64,000 bases of DNA from the human T2T-CHM13v2.0 reference genome, Homo sapiens. The notes beneath the pieces are model-generated. The model was given only the letters and a program-made list of their open reading frames with translations. It was not told the origin of the DNA and did not search any database. Positions 50,901-64,000 of this stretch are shown piece after piece (positions within the stretch are counted from its first letter, which is position 1; every line of letters begins with the position of its first letter). Both the position numbers and the translations under genes were made by a program. Location of the stretch: NCBI RefSeq assembly GCF_009914755.1, contig NC_060935.1. One strand, given 5' to 3'.

Positions 50901-52057
50901 AGAACTCTAGGGAACAAGAAACCGACTGGGGCCTCCGGGACTGGTTAGGGGAAGTTTCCCAACCAAGGCAAGGCAGGGGCTTCGGGCGGTGTGCTGCGAG
51001 CCTTGCCTTCCCCTCGGCCTCAGCTTGTTCATCTGTGCAATGGGTGGCAGGAAGCCCTTACCAATGCCCAGATGGGAGATGGCCTCCAGCTCTTTGTGAG
51101 TGGCTGCGTGGTGGATGGCTCTGGGGAGCTGCAGCGGGAGGAGAAGGATGTCCCTGAGGCCAGAGAGGGGAGCAGAAGGGAGTGAGGGCCGAAGAGGGCG
51201 GGAAGGATGGGCTGTCCCAAGGAGCAGGGTCCGTGGACACCAGGCACCCTGCGGGCAGACTCACCGGGTGTGGCAGTAGGCACAGATGAGCTGGACTAGG
51301 TCTGGGAACATGAGCTCCGAGCCCTCCAAGGAGACGCCTGAGAGAGGAGGGAAGTGAGGTGCTTCTCTGGGGAACCTCCCTGCTTCCAGCCCCTTCCCGC
51401 CAGGCCAGCCCCTCACCGCCAGGGCTCTCCAGGATGTAGTGGCTGGAGACGAAGGAGGGGCCACTGGCTTCAGGCAACCGCATGCACAGGGCCTGGCACT
51501 GGCGGGTGTTAGATTTCCGCACGAGGAACGTCTGCAAGTGGATAGGGCTCAGGCAGCTCAGGACCTTGGCGTCCCATCCCTCTCCCTCCCACCCCTGGCT
51601 GGCCAGTCCCTGGAGTGTGGGGCAAGACTCACCCCCGGGGGCTCGGTCCTCAGCATGTGCAGTGCGGCCGCTGCGTTGGCTTGCAGCTGCAGCCACACGG
51701 GCCGGGTGAGCAGCAGGCGCTCCCGCAGGCTCACAACGCGCCCCGGCCGCTGCGGCCCGCCTGCCTGCCCGCCGCTGGCATTGGGCACGTCATACAGTGG
51801 GTCCTGGGCTGGCCTGGGGGCAGGCACCCAGATCTGAGCAGGGAGCCAGGGGCTGGGACCCTTGCTCTCCTCTTCCCCACTCCCGGGTTTCCCACTTTCT
51901 CTATCCCCGGATAGGCCCTCCTCTCGCAGCCCCTCCCTGCCCCACCTGGCTGCCCTGCCAACTTCACTAACTTTTCTCTCGCCAGGTGCCCAGTAGTGAA
52001 GCTGGACGGGCTGGGGGCTCCAGGAGAGCCCGCGCCTGACTCTCCAGGGCTTTCCAT
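47931..52057 (-). CDS. RIN1: Ras and Rab interactor 1 (783 aa; SH2, Pro-rich, VPS9 Rab5-GEF, RA domains; 10 exons)
   Basis: Exons 52057-51972, 51813-51633, 51531-51417, 51337-51265, 51153-51062, 50906-50169, 49879-49574, 49313-49182, 49064-48913, 48407-47931 = 2352 nt. VPS9 motifs GADEFLP and GEGGYYLT; 14-3-3 site RSMSAA. Confidence 0.98.
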
Positions 52058-53006
52058 GGCTGGGAGCTCCTTCGCTTCAGGAAGAGAATCCAGTCCCAAG
52101 GCAAGGCACGCACATCCCCAGTGAGTAACACTTCCTGAGGGCGGTCCGCCTGTCACACCCGCCAGTTAACTCTTGTGTGTCCACCCTGCCTGGCCAGTGC
52201 CCGCCTCCTCTGTTCTGGACCCTGCTTTGGGGGTCAGGGGACCCCTCCATGCTAGCCCTGCTCTGAGGGCCCCAGCTGGGGGATGCCACCTCCACACACG
52301 GCCTCCTGCAGCCTCACCAGCTACTCACATTGCACACGTGGGCGGGAAGTGGTTAAGCGGCCTCAGTCCCCACAGGCCCCAGCCATGCTCTGGGGGCACC
52401 TTTGGCTCTGTGGTCAGTTGCTCATCTGCCCCTGGCCTCAGGTCAGCCTTGTGGGAGAGCACCCTCTACTGTCCATAGATGACTCATTCCTGAACCTGGG
52501 TTTTAGGATTTTAGGTTGCCATGGAGAAAATATGCCATGTCTCCATGGAAACCAACCTATTTGCTTAACTGAGGTTCTGGGGGTGGTTCTGACACTCAGT
52601 GCTAACCAGGGGGAGTCTGGCTGTGAGGTCGTCAGCACATGGCGGTGCTGCCGGCTGCCTCCCACGCACGCAGGCTCTGCCAGCCTGCCTTGCCAATCTG
52701 CCAGGCAACTGGGACAGGTGCAGACATGACCCAGGCTCCAAGCACACGCATCCACCCTCCCCGCCGAGGCACTCTCCCGGTGCCATATGTTGACTCTGCC
52801 CAGCGCCAGGCAGCCCAGCGCCCACCTCCCCCTCCCCAGCCTGGCCCCACGCACAGTGCTCTAGCCTCTGCTGGGTAGTGTGAGGAGTGGCAATCTGCAG
52901 GCACCCTAGAAGTCGGCCTGGTTCAGGTGCTCCCCACGGGAGCCCTGATTCTCTTGCAAGGTAAATCACACACACACACAGGGCACGCCAGAGTCCCAGG
53001 AAAGGT

Positions 53007-53012
53007 TTTAAT
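53007..53012 (-). terminator. BRMS1 polyadenylation signal ATTAAA
   Basis: TTTAAT on + strand; GT-rich element downstream on the minus strand ((CA)n at 52966-52980). Confidence 0.75.
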
Positions 53013-53536
53013 TCCAGTCCTTGGAATCTGAGAAGCAGACACCAAGAACTGCCCTGAGAACACCTGGGGGGCCTGGCATCTTGCCTCCAGATCCAGCCAG
53101 GGTGGACAGACCCCCAGATAATCACGTCTGACTCAGAGTTCCCGCACAGTGGAAACTGGCTCCCTGGCCCTGAGGCCGGACAGCCTGCATCCAACATCAG
53201 CAAGAGGATGTGGCTTTGACTTCGGCTGTCTTCTCTGTCAGGGGAGCCCCAAGAGATGGATCTTCAGGAGTGGGAGGTGGCAGGCGGCTCAGGGATGGAG
53301 ACAGCAGCCTTGCCTGGTCAGGTCAGCTCCACGGCCACAGCTGTGCAGGCCTCGAGGAGGGCAGAGGAGGAGTCCAGGCCAGTGCCAGATGGAGTGGGAG
53401 GGCCCAGCAGCACCACAGGAGCCTGGCTGGGCAGACCCTGAGGGGCCTGTGGGTCCGCCTGTCTGCAGGAGGAAGACGAGAATCCTGGGTGCAGTGCCAG
53501 CTGCTCTGAGGGTCCCCCTGGCTGTGAACAGCAGGG

Positions 53537-56500
53537 TCAAGGTCCTGTGCATATGTGGGAAGAAGAAAACTGTCACCAGTTAGGAAGCTGAAAGGAAGGA
53601 GGCAGCCACTTACTGAGTGGCTTTGGGCTGGCCCAGAACAGGCCTCCTGGGCAGCTCCACAGCCCTCCCTGACCCCTCCTGAGTGGGAGCTCCATCAACC
53701 CAGAGCTTCCCCAGCCCCATCCTGGTTCCTGCTCCTCAAACTCCCACAAGCCCCTCAAATCTAGACCATCCTAACTTTCTTGAGCCACTGATTCTGACAC
53801 AGTCACAGCCTTTCTCTGGGCTCCTTCCTGGAAGCTGAGCTGAGGAAAGGTGATGGCAAGGGGGCAGGGAAGGCCATGCAACAGCCATGGTTCTTACCAT
53901 CCGATTTTCTCTTCTGAGGGGACACAGCTGCCCTAGCCTGGGTGGGTGAGAAGAAAAGCTCCCCTGAGAGCCCACCTCCAGCTTGGCAATCCCTGCCCCA
54001 CCCCCCACCTCTGTGGCTTGTGGGCTGTTGCCTCAGTGCTGTGCCCCCAGGACCGGGAGCATAGGCCCCACCCAGGCAGAGCTCCCATGCTCCTGACTGC
54101 TGGCCAGCTCAGCGGCTCTCCCGCCTCCCCGCCACCCTCCCACCCCATCAAAACCTGCCCCAGAACGGGAAGGGGCTGACACAGACTAGAAATCCCTTTT
54201 CCCAGGGCCGCCTTGAGCAAGAGGACTTGTGAGCCAACTGCGATCCAGGGACTCTGGGCTGAAGATGGGGAAGCCTTGGTGAGCAGAGAACTCCCAGGCC
54301 TGCAGATGGCAGAGCTGCTGCCAGGGTGGGGGGCCCTGAGGTGGGGCAGGTCACGTGGGCAGCAGCGGCCCCCACCTTTTTGATGGCTGTCCAGTCCTCC
54401 AGGATGTCGATCTCTTGAAGCATGTACACGATGTATGGGCCTGTGGTGGGGGTCAAGGAAGCCTAGTGGAGGTGGCAGGTGACGAGGGCAGGGCCACCCA
54501 CCTGACATTCAGGAGTGGGGGTACAGCGGACAGCATGGAGTGGGAGCTGAGGACCTGGGTCCGAGGTCAGGTTCCACCTCCTACCTCTTAACCCCCTGGT
54601 TCCAGGGGTCGTCCTGGAACCAAGTCTATGGAGGACACCAAATGTTGTTCCCTGTCCCTTGCTCACCCTCACCTCGTCTTAGGTCAGCTGGCTGAGGCCC
54701 ATCCCATCTCACTCTGCAGCACTGGCCCTAACCTGGCCCCTTCCCTGATCCAAAGACAGACGCAGGGCTTATCCCTTCAGAGACAACTCTCCCTCCCCCA
54801 GTGCTCCCTACTTGATGTCTCCATGCCTTCACCTTCCATTCACTCAAGTCATGGCCTTCCAGATTCCTCCCTCCCTGCCTGGGCATGCTCTCCAGCACCA
54901 GGTTGCCACAATGACTAAGACTGGCTGCTGCAGGAATACCCTCAGGGGTGCAGGAGGACTCAGCTCTGCCAGGACAGATGAAAGCACAGCAGGCCCTGGA
55001 CTAAGCTTAAGCTAGCCCTGCCTAGGAAGGGGTGGAGGCAGCCAGTGCCCTCTGGGATGTGGGTACCCCATGGTAGGGCACAGAAGCACACAGGAAAGTG
55101 AAGCCATAGGCACCAGGGTAAGACCAGAAGAGGCCTCACAGAGGAGGTAACGTTTGAGATGAGCCCTGGACAGTCGGGACAGGCAGGACTTCCAAGAGGA
55201 GGGTGGGATATGAGCAAAGGCTCCCCAGGGAAAGCTGGGGACCCGCTCGGACAACCCCGGGAGATGGAAAGGCCTCAAAGGCCAAACCTCACTCAGGCTC
55301 AAGTGCAGTGGCACCATCACGGCTCACTGCAGCCTTGATCTCTCAGGCTCAAGCAATCCTCTTACCTCAGCCTTCAGAGTAGCTGGGACTATAGGTGCAC
55401 ACCACCACGCCTGGCTAATTTTTGTTATTTTTTCTAGAGATGGGTTTCACCATGTTGCCCAAGCTGGTCTCGAAAAGAACTCCTGGGCCCGAGCAATCTA
55501 CCCACCTTGGCCTCCCAAAGTGCTGGGACTGTAGATGTGAGCCACGGAGCCCAGCCCGTTTCTGTTTTCCTAGGGTTCACATAGCCCAGAGAGACCCAGG
55601 ACCCCGTAAGAAACTGCTGACAGCTGGATTTGCCTGGACATATTCACATGACACCAAGCAACCACGAGTGCATCTAGTGTGACTGTCCTCCATGTCCCCT
55701 CCAACCCCCTACCCTGGGTCTGGAGTTGACCCTTACATCCTGCCCACTTTTAGGCCACCTTGGGTGAAAGGATACCAGAAACCAGAGGTGCCTTCTTCCT
55801 CTTGCTGGGCGGCAGGGAGTCCCAAGACCTGGAGCTGCCTCTGGCGTGCAGTTTGTCGTCCCACCATTCTGCCCCGAGACCCAGAGTTAGAATTGGGGTG
55901 CTGGCCCACAGGATACTCCCTTTTCTGTAGCCTCTGCCTCCACCATGGGCCGGCCTGGCCTCATCTCCCCTGTCCCATCACCACCCTGGGCTTGGGGTAG
56001 AAGCCCCTTAGGGCTGTTCAGGTCCTGCCTGCACAGCTGCACAACCCTGGGAAGAGGTCACTGCACTTCTGTGAGCCTCATCTGTTTAGTGGAGAGTGGG
56101 ATGACGACAATTCCTGCCACCCCAGGACTCCACATGAACACAGGTACTATGAACATGGAGGGGACTAGAGCTATTGCATGTGACTGCATGTCACACTGAT
56201 ACCTGTTTTGGAAAGAGCAGGGGCAGAAGAGGCAGGGAGACCCACTCTGCTTGAGCCCCCATTATGTGCCAGGCCCTTTCCAGGCCTGGTCTCCTTCAGC
56301 CCTCACACTGACCCCAACAGGCAGGTCCTCTGGCTGTCCCCTTGACTTCAGGACATCTGAAGCCCAAAGAGGGGTGGGCGTGGACTGAGCGGGGCCCAGT
56401 TCCGGGGTGCCCAGGCTCTCGCGCTTACCAGAGCTGAGGTCCAGGCTCTGGCGGTCCTCCTCCAGCCTCTGGATCCGCTCCTGCAGCTCCCCCTGCAGCG

Positions 56501-57895
56501 TGTCATAGAGCAGCAGCTTCTCACTCTGGAAGAGGGGGCAATAGCTCAGCAGGACGGATGGGGTGAGGCCACTTCAGGCTTTGTGCCCTGCCTCACCCCC
56601 AGTGTGCCCAATCAGGCCCACCTCCAGGTGCTGTTTGGCTCCCTGCAGCTCACATTCGTACTTATTCCTGATCACATCCAGACAGAAGCCCTTGTAGATC
56701 CCTGCAGAGAAAGGGAGGAGGGTCCCTGCTTGGCTGGGGAGCCCGGTGCCCACATAGGAGGGCTGAGAGCAAAGGGCAAGGCCGGGCAGGAACGAGAGAG
56801 GAAGGGGACAGGGTGCCACGGGTTCTGGGAGGGGAAGAGGGTATAGAACCACCCACAGACCTGCCACCTGAATGCGAATCTTGAGGCTCCGCTGCAGCCC
56901 CCCAAGGGGCTCCGTGTATTCAGGGGCTCTCTCAGCCCCCACTTCCTCCAGCCGCAACCGCAGCTGACTCAGTCGTTCCCTGAACAACCTGCGTGGTAAA
57001 AAGGCAGCCGTGCACCCATTTGCTCACCCATCGCTCTTGGGCAAACACATACCCAGCACCCATTCCACAGCAAGCCCGGTGTTAGGCGCGCACTTCCTGG
57101 GCACCAACCACGCCTGCCCAGTACCAGGCCCACCACCTCCTCATCCCAGATCCTCGCAGACCCAGCCCAAGGTGTCCCCACGCTCACTTCTCCTTTAGCT
57201 CCGAGAACTGCTTCTCCAGGTCCAGCATCTCACTGACACACTCGCTGCGGCGTCGCTCATAGTCCTCATCATCCATCTCTGGGACAAGAGGCCAGTAAGG
57301 GCTAGCTCTGGGGAGGAGTGGTGGGTACCCGCATGTGTGCATGTGCGTCCTGCATGTGTGTGTGTGCATGCATGCCTGTGTGTAGGGCCTGTGTGTGTGT
57401 GCGCGTACATGCTTGTGTGAAGGGGCTGTGTGTGTGCGTGTGTGCTTGTGTGTAGGGGCTGTGTGTGCATATGCGTGCGTGCTTGTGTGAAGGGGCTGTG
57501 TGCACGTGTACTTGTGTGAAGGGGCTGTGTGTGTGCATACGTGCTTGTGTGTAGGGGCTGTGTGTGCGTGCTTGTGTGTAGGGGCTGTGTGTGCGTGTGT
57601 GCGCTTGTGTGCAGGGTCTGTGTATGTGCTTGTGTGTAGGCGCTGTATGTGCATGTGCGTGCATGCTTGTGTGTAGGGGCTGTGTGTGTGCATGTGTGTG
57701 TGTAGGGGCTCTGTGTGTGTGTGTGTGTGTGTGTGTCTGTGTGTGTAGGGGCTCACCGGAGCTCTCCTCTTCTGACTCTGTCTGGCTGCCGCTCCGCTCC
57801 TCCTCACTCTCTTCCTCCTCCCCATTCATCTCAGCAGCAGAATCACCCTCTGCTTCCATCTCTTCTGTGTCTTTGCTTGGAGGCTGGACAGGCAT
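53537..57895 (-). CDS. BRMS1: Breast cancer metastasis suppressor 1 (Sds3-like SIN3-HDAC subunit; 246 aa; alternative 290-aa isoform ends at 53323)
   Basis: Coding exons 57895-57757, 57278-57188, 56988-56861, 56701-56622, 56525-56429, 55868-55776, 54440-54376, 53937-53898, 53544-53537 = 741 nt. [16 protein letters not shown]...[16 protein letters not shown]...KRKSDGP. Non-coding exon 1 ends at 60635. Confidence 0.98.
54441..55775 (-). other. U12-type (minor spliceosome) GT-AG intron of BRMS1
   Basis: 5' splice site GTATCCTTT at 55775-55767; branch site TTCCTTGAC at 54460-54452, close to the AG with no polypyrimidine tract. Confidence 0.93.
55294..55555 (-). mobile_element. Old Alu (AluJ-like), partial
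   Basis: Antisense Alu inside the U12 intron. Confidence 0.85.
57330..57752. repeat. About 26-36 bp CA-rich minisatellite filling BRMS1 intron 2
   Basis: About 12 copies of GCTTGTGTGTAGGGGCTGTGTGTG variants. Confidence 0.92.
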
Positions 57896-58223
57896 CTGGA
57901 CTCTGGGAGAAGGAATGGAGCTATCACTTATGGCTGCCCACAGCTCAGAGGGGGAAAGAGGCAGCAGGGAGCTGAACACAACTCGATCCCAGATGGGGAA
58001 AGCCAGGGAAGTAACTGGCCTGGCCACACCTTGAGCACAAACTGGGTGACAAGGGTGCAAATGGCCATCTGCACCTCTCACAGAAGGCTGGGAGCTGTGG
58101 AACTGCTCCTGCTCTTGGATGTCACTGGTGATCCTAATCCTAGCAATACTGGCCAAGGCTGTGATCCACAGAAAGGAAAGGCCCAGGGGGCACTCTCCAC
58201 TGCCTTTGCAACTGGACCTAAAT

Positions 58224-58404
<181 letters not shown>

Positions 58405-60419
58405 TAACTGGGGCTTTCAAGGTCTTTCCCAGACTGGACTTGACCTACCGGTCCAGCTCCTTCATCCCAACATATAATGGCTAGTGCTTGCACTTCCACT
58501 ATCCACCCTCTGCCTCAGCTGTTCCTTCTGCCTATAATGTCCTCGGCTTCTCTTCCAGATAATGTTACAATCTCCTTGTCTTTCATTGTGCTCTGGGTCA
58601 AATCCCATCTCCTTCTGCTTCCTCTTGGACCGCAGGTCATCAGTGCTCCCCTCTCTTTTCTGTGTCTTCAGCTTCTAACTCTTAGCAACCTCCTTCCCAT
58701 GAAACTTTGGATGTGCTTGGGTACTTCCTAGCATTAACAAAACACAGAAACACAAAACCTCACCCATTCCACCTAACTGCTCCATTTGCCACTTCACAGT
58801 TACACTTTTCAAGGTCTCATGAACACTGGCTGTTCCTACTTTCACCTCCCACTTGTTCGATGTCCTCAATCTCAGCTGAAACTGATCCCGTAGCATTAAC
58901 CAATGACTTCCTTGTGGCTAATGCCAATATTTTTCAGTGCTTATTTTAATTGTCTGCTCGGCAACATCCAACACTGGTAAGCATTCCTTCTTTTACTGAC
59001 TCATCTAACATGTATTGAACATCTAACATATGCTAGGTACCGTCAGACGCTATGGTATGCAGGCGCCCAAGTGTGAATGTCTTTGACCTCACGGAGTTTA
59101 CAAGTTCCTGGGAGACAGGGGCAAAGGAGCACACTATAACCATGATAGGAGGAGAGTTAAGACCAGGGGCATAAGGGAGGGGTATATAACCAGGACCTGG
59201 AGCCCGATGCAGCAGGGAGGCTTCCAGACAAAGATGGACCAGCTGGGTGAGCTGCACTTATTGAGGGAACATTCCAGGTAGAGTCAGTAGCAAAGACCCA
59301 GAAATAAGAGAAGGAAAGCAGCTGGGGGAACATGGGTCTAAGTCTCAGTGAGAAATCTGAGCTGCAGGGATTTGGTCGTCAGCATACAGCAAGTTCTTCA
59401 TGCCACAGGAGAAGGTGCAACCAGCAAGGCACAATGTGTGTGATCAGAAGACGCCCAGGGTCACCAAAGGGGCAGATGAGGAGACCCCTACAAAGGAGGA
59501 GGCAAAACCCGAAGTGGTGGAGAAAGAGAGTTTTAGAAGAAAGCCAAGTACTGCCAAGGAGTAATTGCACTGATAGTGCCAAGTACTGCCAAGAGATCAC
59601 CTAAGAAGAAGAAAACAGTCCTCTCAGCAGATAATCTCTCAACCTCCTGCAGGCTTCTATTTTATTGTGTTCTTCCAACTTCTCTGGACACTGCTTTGTA
59701 GTCCTTTAGAACAGTGCAGACACCACTCCCTCCAGGAAGCTTTGTTTATATCTATTTGCCTGTTCTCATATCTGTCCCCGCAATCAGTCTATGAGCCTCA
59801 CTAGGGCAGGGGCTGCACATGTAACTTATTTACCTAGCACAGTGCTGGTTCACTTGATGACTGGAGGATTTGCAAATACAAATTTAACAAAAAAATTTTT
59901 TGTGAGACAGACATTAGTTTTTACTTTTCGGTAGTCCCAGGTCCCTGTAATGGTAGCAAGCTTTCCTTGACACCAGTTCAAGTTGTGTATAGTAAGCCTG
60001 GCCTAGGTGAGTGTTTAGTCATATTCCTCAACAATTTCACTAATGACCTGCACCTGACTTGAAAGGCTCGGTTCTCTAAACCAGCTTCATCTTCCCGTTA
60101 TCAAGCCTCAGTTCCCAACATTTGCAATGCCTCTTCACTGTTAGTATATTCACTTTGTAAGATGCAGCTTAAGTCTATCTCTTCCAGAAGCCTTTCTTTC
60201 CTCCCCCTGGTTCTGATTATGAGTGAGTTAAGTCACAACCTTCCCACCTTACCCCGGGTGCAAAAAGCGGATAACCATTCCTGCTCTGAGTGTTGAGGAG
60301 CTCACAGGTGGTAAGGGATGGAAAAGCACACTGTAAAGCGCTGTACACAGGCAATTTATCTTTTCAGAATGGCAGCTCCTCCGGGGCAGGCCCCTAGGGA
60401 AGGCAGACCCTCCCCACTC

Positions 60420-61000
60420 TCGCAGAGGTCAATCCAGCTTCTCCGCAGCGCCCAGGGGGCCTCCCGCTCCCTTCTAGATGCGCCGGAGCGGGCCGGAATA
60501 TCACTGGCTCGCCCGCAGCCCAGCACGCGTCAGGCCGGTTAAATCTCTGCTTCGGCCTCGGAGGAGGAGGTTGTGCCGGCCCTGCTCGACTAACCGGAGA
60601 GGGCGAACCAAAAGCCATGCATGACGATACGCACCGCGGGGACTGGAGCCTCTGGCCTCACGACGGAGATTCCCTGAGAGCTGCCCGTGGTTGCCGGTAC
60701 CGGCTGCTGCCGCCGGACTCCCGTAGGCGCTGCGCGGCTCCCTTTTCTTCGGGAGGCAGAGCCTATCGGTGCTTCCGTGTGCGTCATCAGGAGGCGACCG
60801 TCGGGGATGCTCACAGTTGGACAGTTTGGTCCCGAGGCATGCTGGGATACCGCGGGCCGGTCTCCATAGTAACTGGCCGACATTCGCGCAGGCCTTCGGC
60901 CTGCAGGGAAGGCCCTGATGGTTCAGTGCTTTGCAGACGGTGCCCTTCGTCCGCGGCCATCTCCCCACGGCGTGCAAGGGGAGAAGCCGGCCCCGATCCC
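60420..61000 (-). promoter_or_regulatory. BRMS1 CpG-island promoter and non-coding exon 1
   Basis: CpG-rich; donor GCG|GTGCGT at 60635/60634; TGACGCA half-CRE and CGGAAG ETS core at about 60772-60787. Confidence 0.82.
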
Positions 61001-61052
61001 CCCACCCCCAGCTCAGGAGAGTAACGGAGCCAGCTGTGGGTGTGAACACGCA

Positions 61053-61058
61053 TTTATT
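61053..61058 (-). terminator. B4GAT1 polyadenylation signal AATAAA
   Basis: TTTATT on + strand, about 650 nt after the stop. Confidence 0.8.
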
Positions 61059-61339
61059 TACACATTGTCATCGGTAGGCACATACCCAGCCCAGCCCGTT
61101 GAAGGGACAGATCTCAGGCTGTCACCCATGGAACCTGCAGACCCTTCCCTCCTCCAGAACCCTTGAAGGCGAAGCCCTGAGAGAACCAGGAATTTTAGGC
61201 TTCTGTTCAAGAGCTAAGAACTAAATTTTATGCCTTCATCTGATTTCTTTCCAAAAAGTCCATTTCATTAAGTATTCAGACTTCTTAGCTCCATCCCATT
61301 CATACTTTTTGCTCTCCTACTACCCACCCAAGATTGTTA

Positions 61340-61620
61340 ATAATAACAATAATAATAACAACAATAATACTGCGATAATATTAATACTTCACATTTGTAC
61401 GAAGCTTACAGAATGTTTTCACATATAGCATCTCATCTGAGCCTCCCAACAGTTCCGTGAGGTAGGTATTCTCACCTCCCTTTTTACAGACAGGGTAACC
61501 GAGGCTCAGAGAGGTAACGGGATTTACTCAAGGCCACACAGCTAGTTAGTGGTAAAGCTAGGAATCGATCCCAGCACCCCATATCCAAGTCCAGTGTTTC
61601 AACACCACAGCTACCTCTGT
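61340..61620 (-). mobile_element. MIR in the B4GAT1 3'UTR
   Basis: TTTTACAGACAGGGTAACCGAGGCTCAGAGAGGTAAC core and (AAT)n tail. Confidence 0.75.
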
Positions 61621-61711
61621 AAAGTGGAGCGACATTTCTTACCCCAGTCAGGCCTAAATGGTGGCCTGAGGAGCCAAGAGGCTGACTTCTCAGATTAGGG
61701 GAGGGAAGGGC

Positions 61712-63700
<1,989 letters not shown>

Positions 63701-63775
63701 GCGACTTACGTGGTAGTGCTTGGAAGGTGCGGAGTAGATGAGAGATAAGTGAATGTGGACAAACCTGTCACGTAG

Positions 63776-63857
63776 GACGAGGTGGCCGAGTGGTTAAGGC
63801 GATGGACTGCTAATCCATTGTGCTTTGCACGCGTGGGTTCGAATCCCATCCTCGTCG
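63776..63857 (+). tRNA. TRS-GCT3-1: tRNA-Ser (anticodon GCT), 82 nt, long variable arm
   Basis: GACGAGG/TCCTCGTC acceptor stem, A box TGGCCGAGTGG, anticodon GCT at 63809-63811, B box GGTTCGAATCC, discriminator G, Pol III TTTT at 63864-63867. Gene symbol recalled from locus position. Confidence 0.97.
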
Positions 63858-64000
63858 GCCCTGTTTTATAGAGGTTGGGGGGGAAGCATCTACATTTTCA
63901 CATCCTGCCTATTTGGAGCAGCAAGCTGGAGGTGCGAGGGGTGAGGCATCTAAATTTTCACATCCTTCCTGTGGAGCAGCAAGCTGAAGAAAACTGAACT

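Noticed and set aside
57330-57752. Repeat/spacer-like array (also 63886-63986) as CRISPR-like
   Set aside because: Human DNA, no unique spacers and no cas genes; ordinary tandem repeats.

Overview
Human (hominid) genomic DNA, recognisable as the gene-dense chr11q13.2 interval. Six protein-coding genes can be rebuilt exon by exon with phase-consistent GT-AG splicing: YIF1A (-, 293 aa), TMEM151A (+, 468 aa), CD248/endosialin (-, single exon, 757 aa, Arg457 allele), RIN1 (-, 783 aa), BRMS1 (-, 246/290 aa, one U12-type intron) and B4GAT1 (-, 415 aa). A tRNA-Ser(GCT) gene lies near the right edge. Repeats include about 30 Alus, MLT1-type LTRs, a complete MER9 (HERV-K HML-3) solo LTR with a 6-bp TSD, a truncated L1PA, MER20, L2/MIR fragments and several tandem repeats. 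The main unexplained signal is in the Alu-rich gap between TMEM151A and CD248. There, the unique-sequence islands (about 21.0-27.9 kb) line up on the minus strand as about 8 AG/GT-bounded segments whose splice phases chain into a reading frame of about 520 codons, interrupted by scattered stop codons and sitting downstream of an orphan CpG island. This looks like the remnant of a lost multi-exon gene (candidate unitary pseudogene); I cannot name its family. The same island may also drive a + strand transcript with a strong-Kozak 132-aa ORF and AATAAA. Both are inferences that need cross-species alignment.
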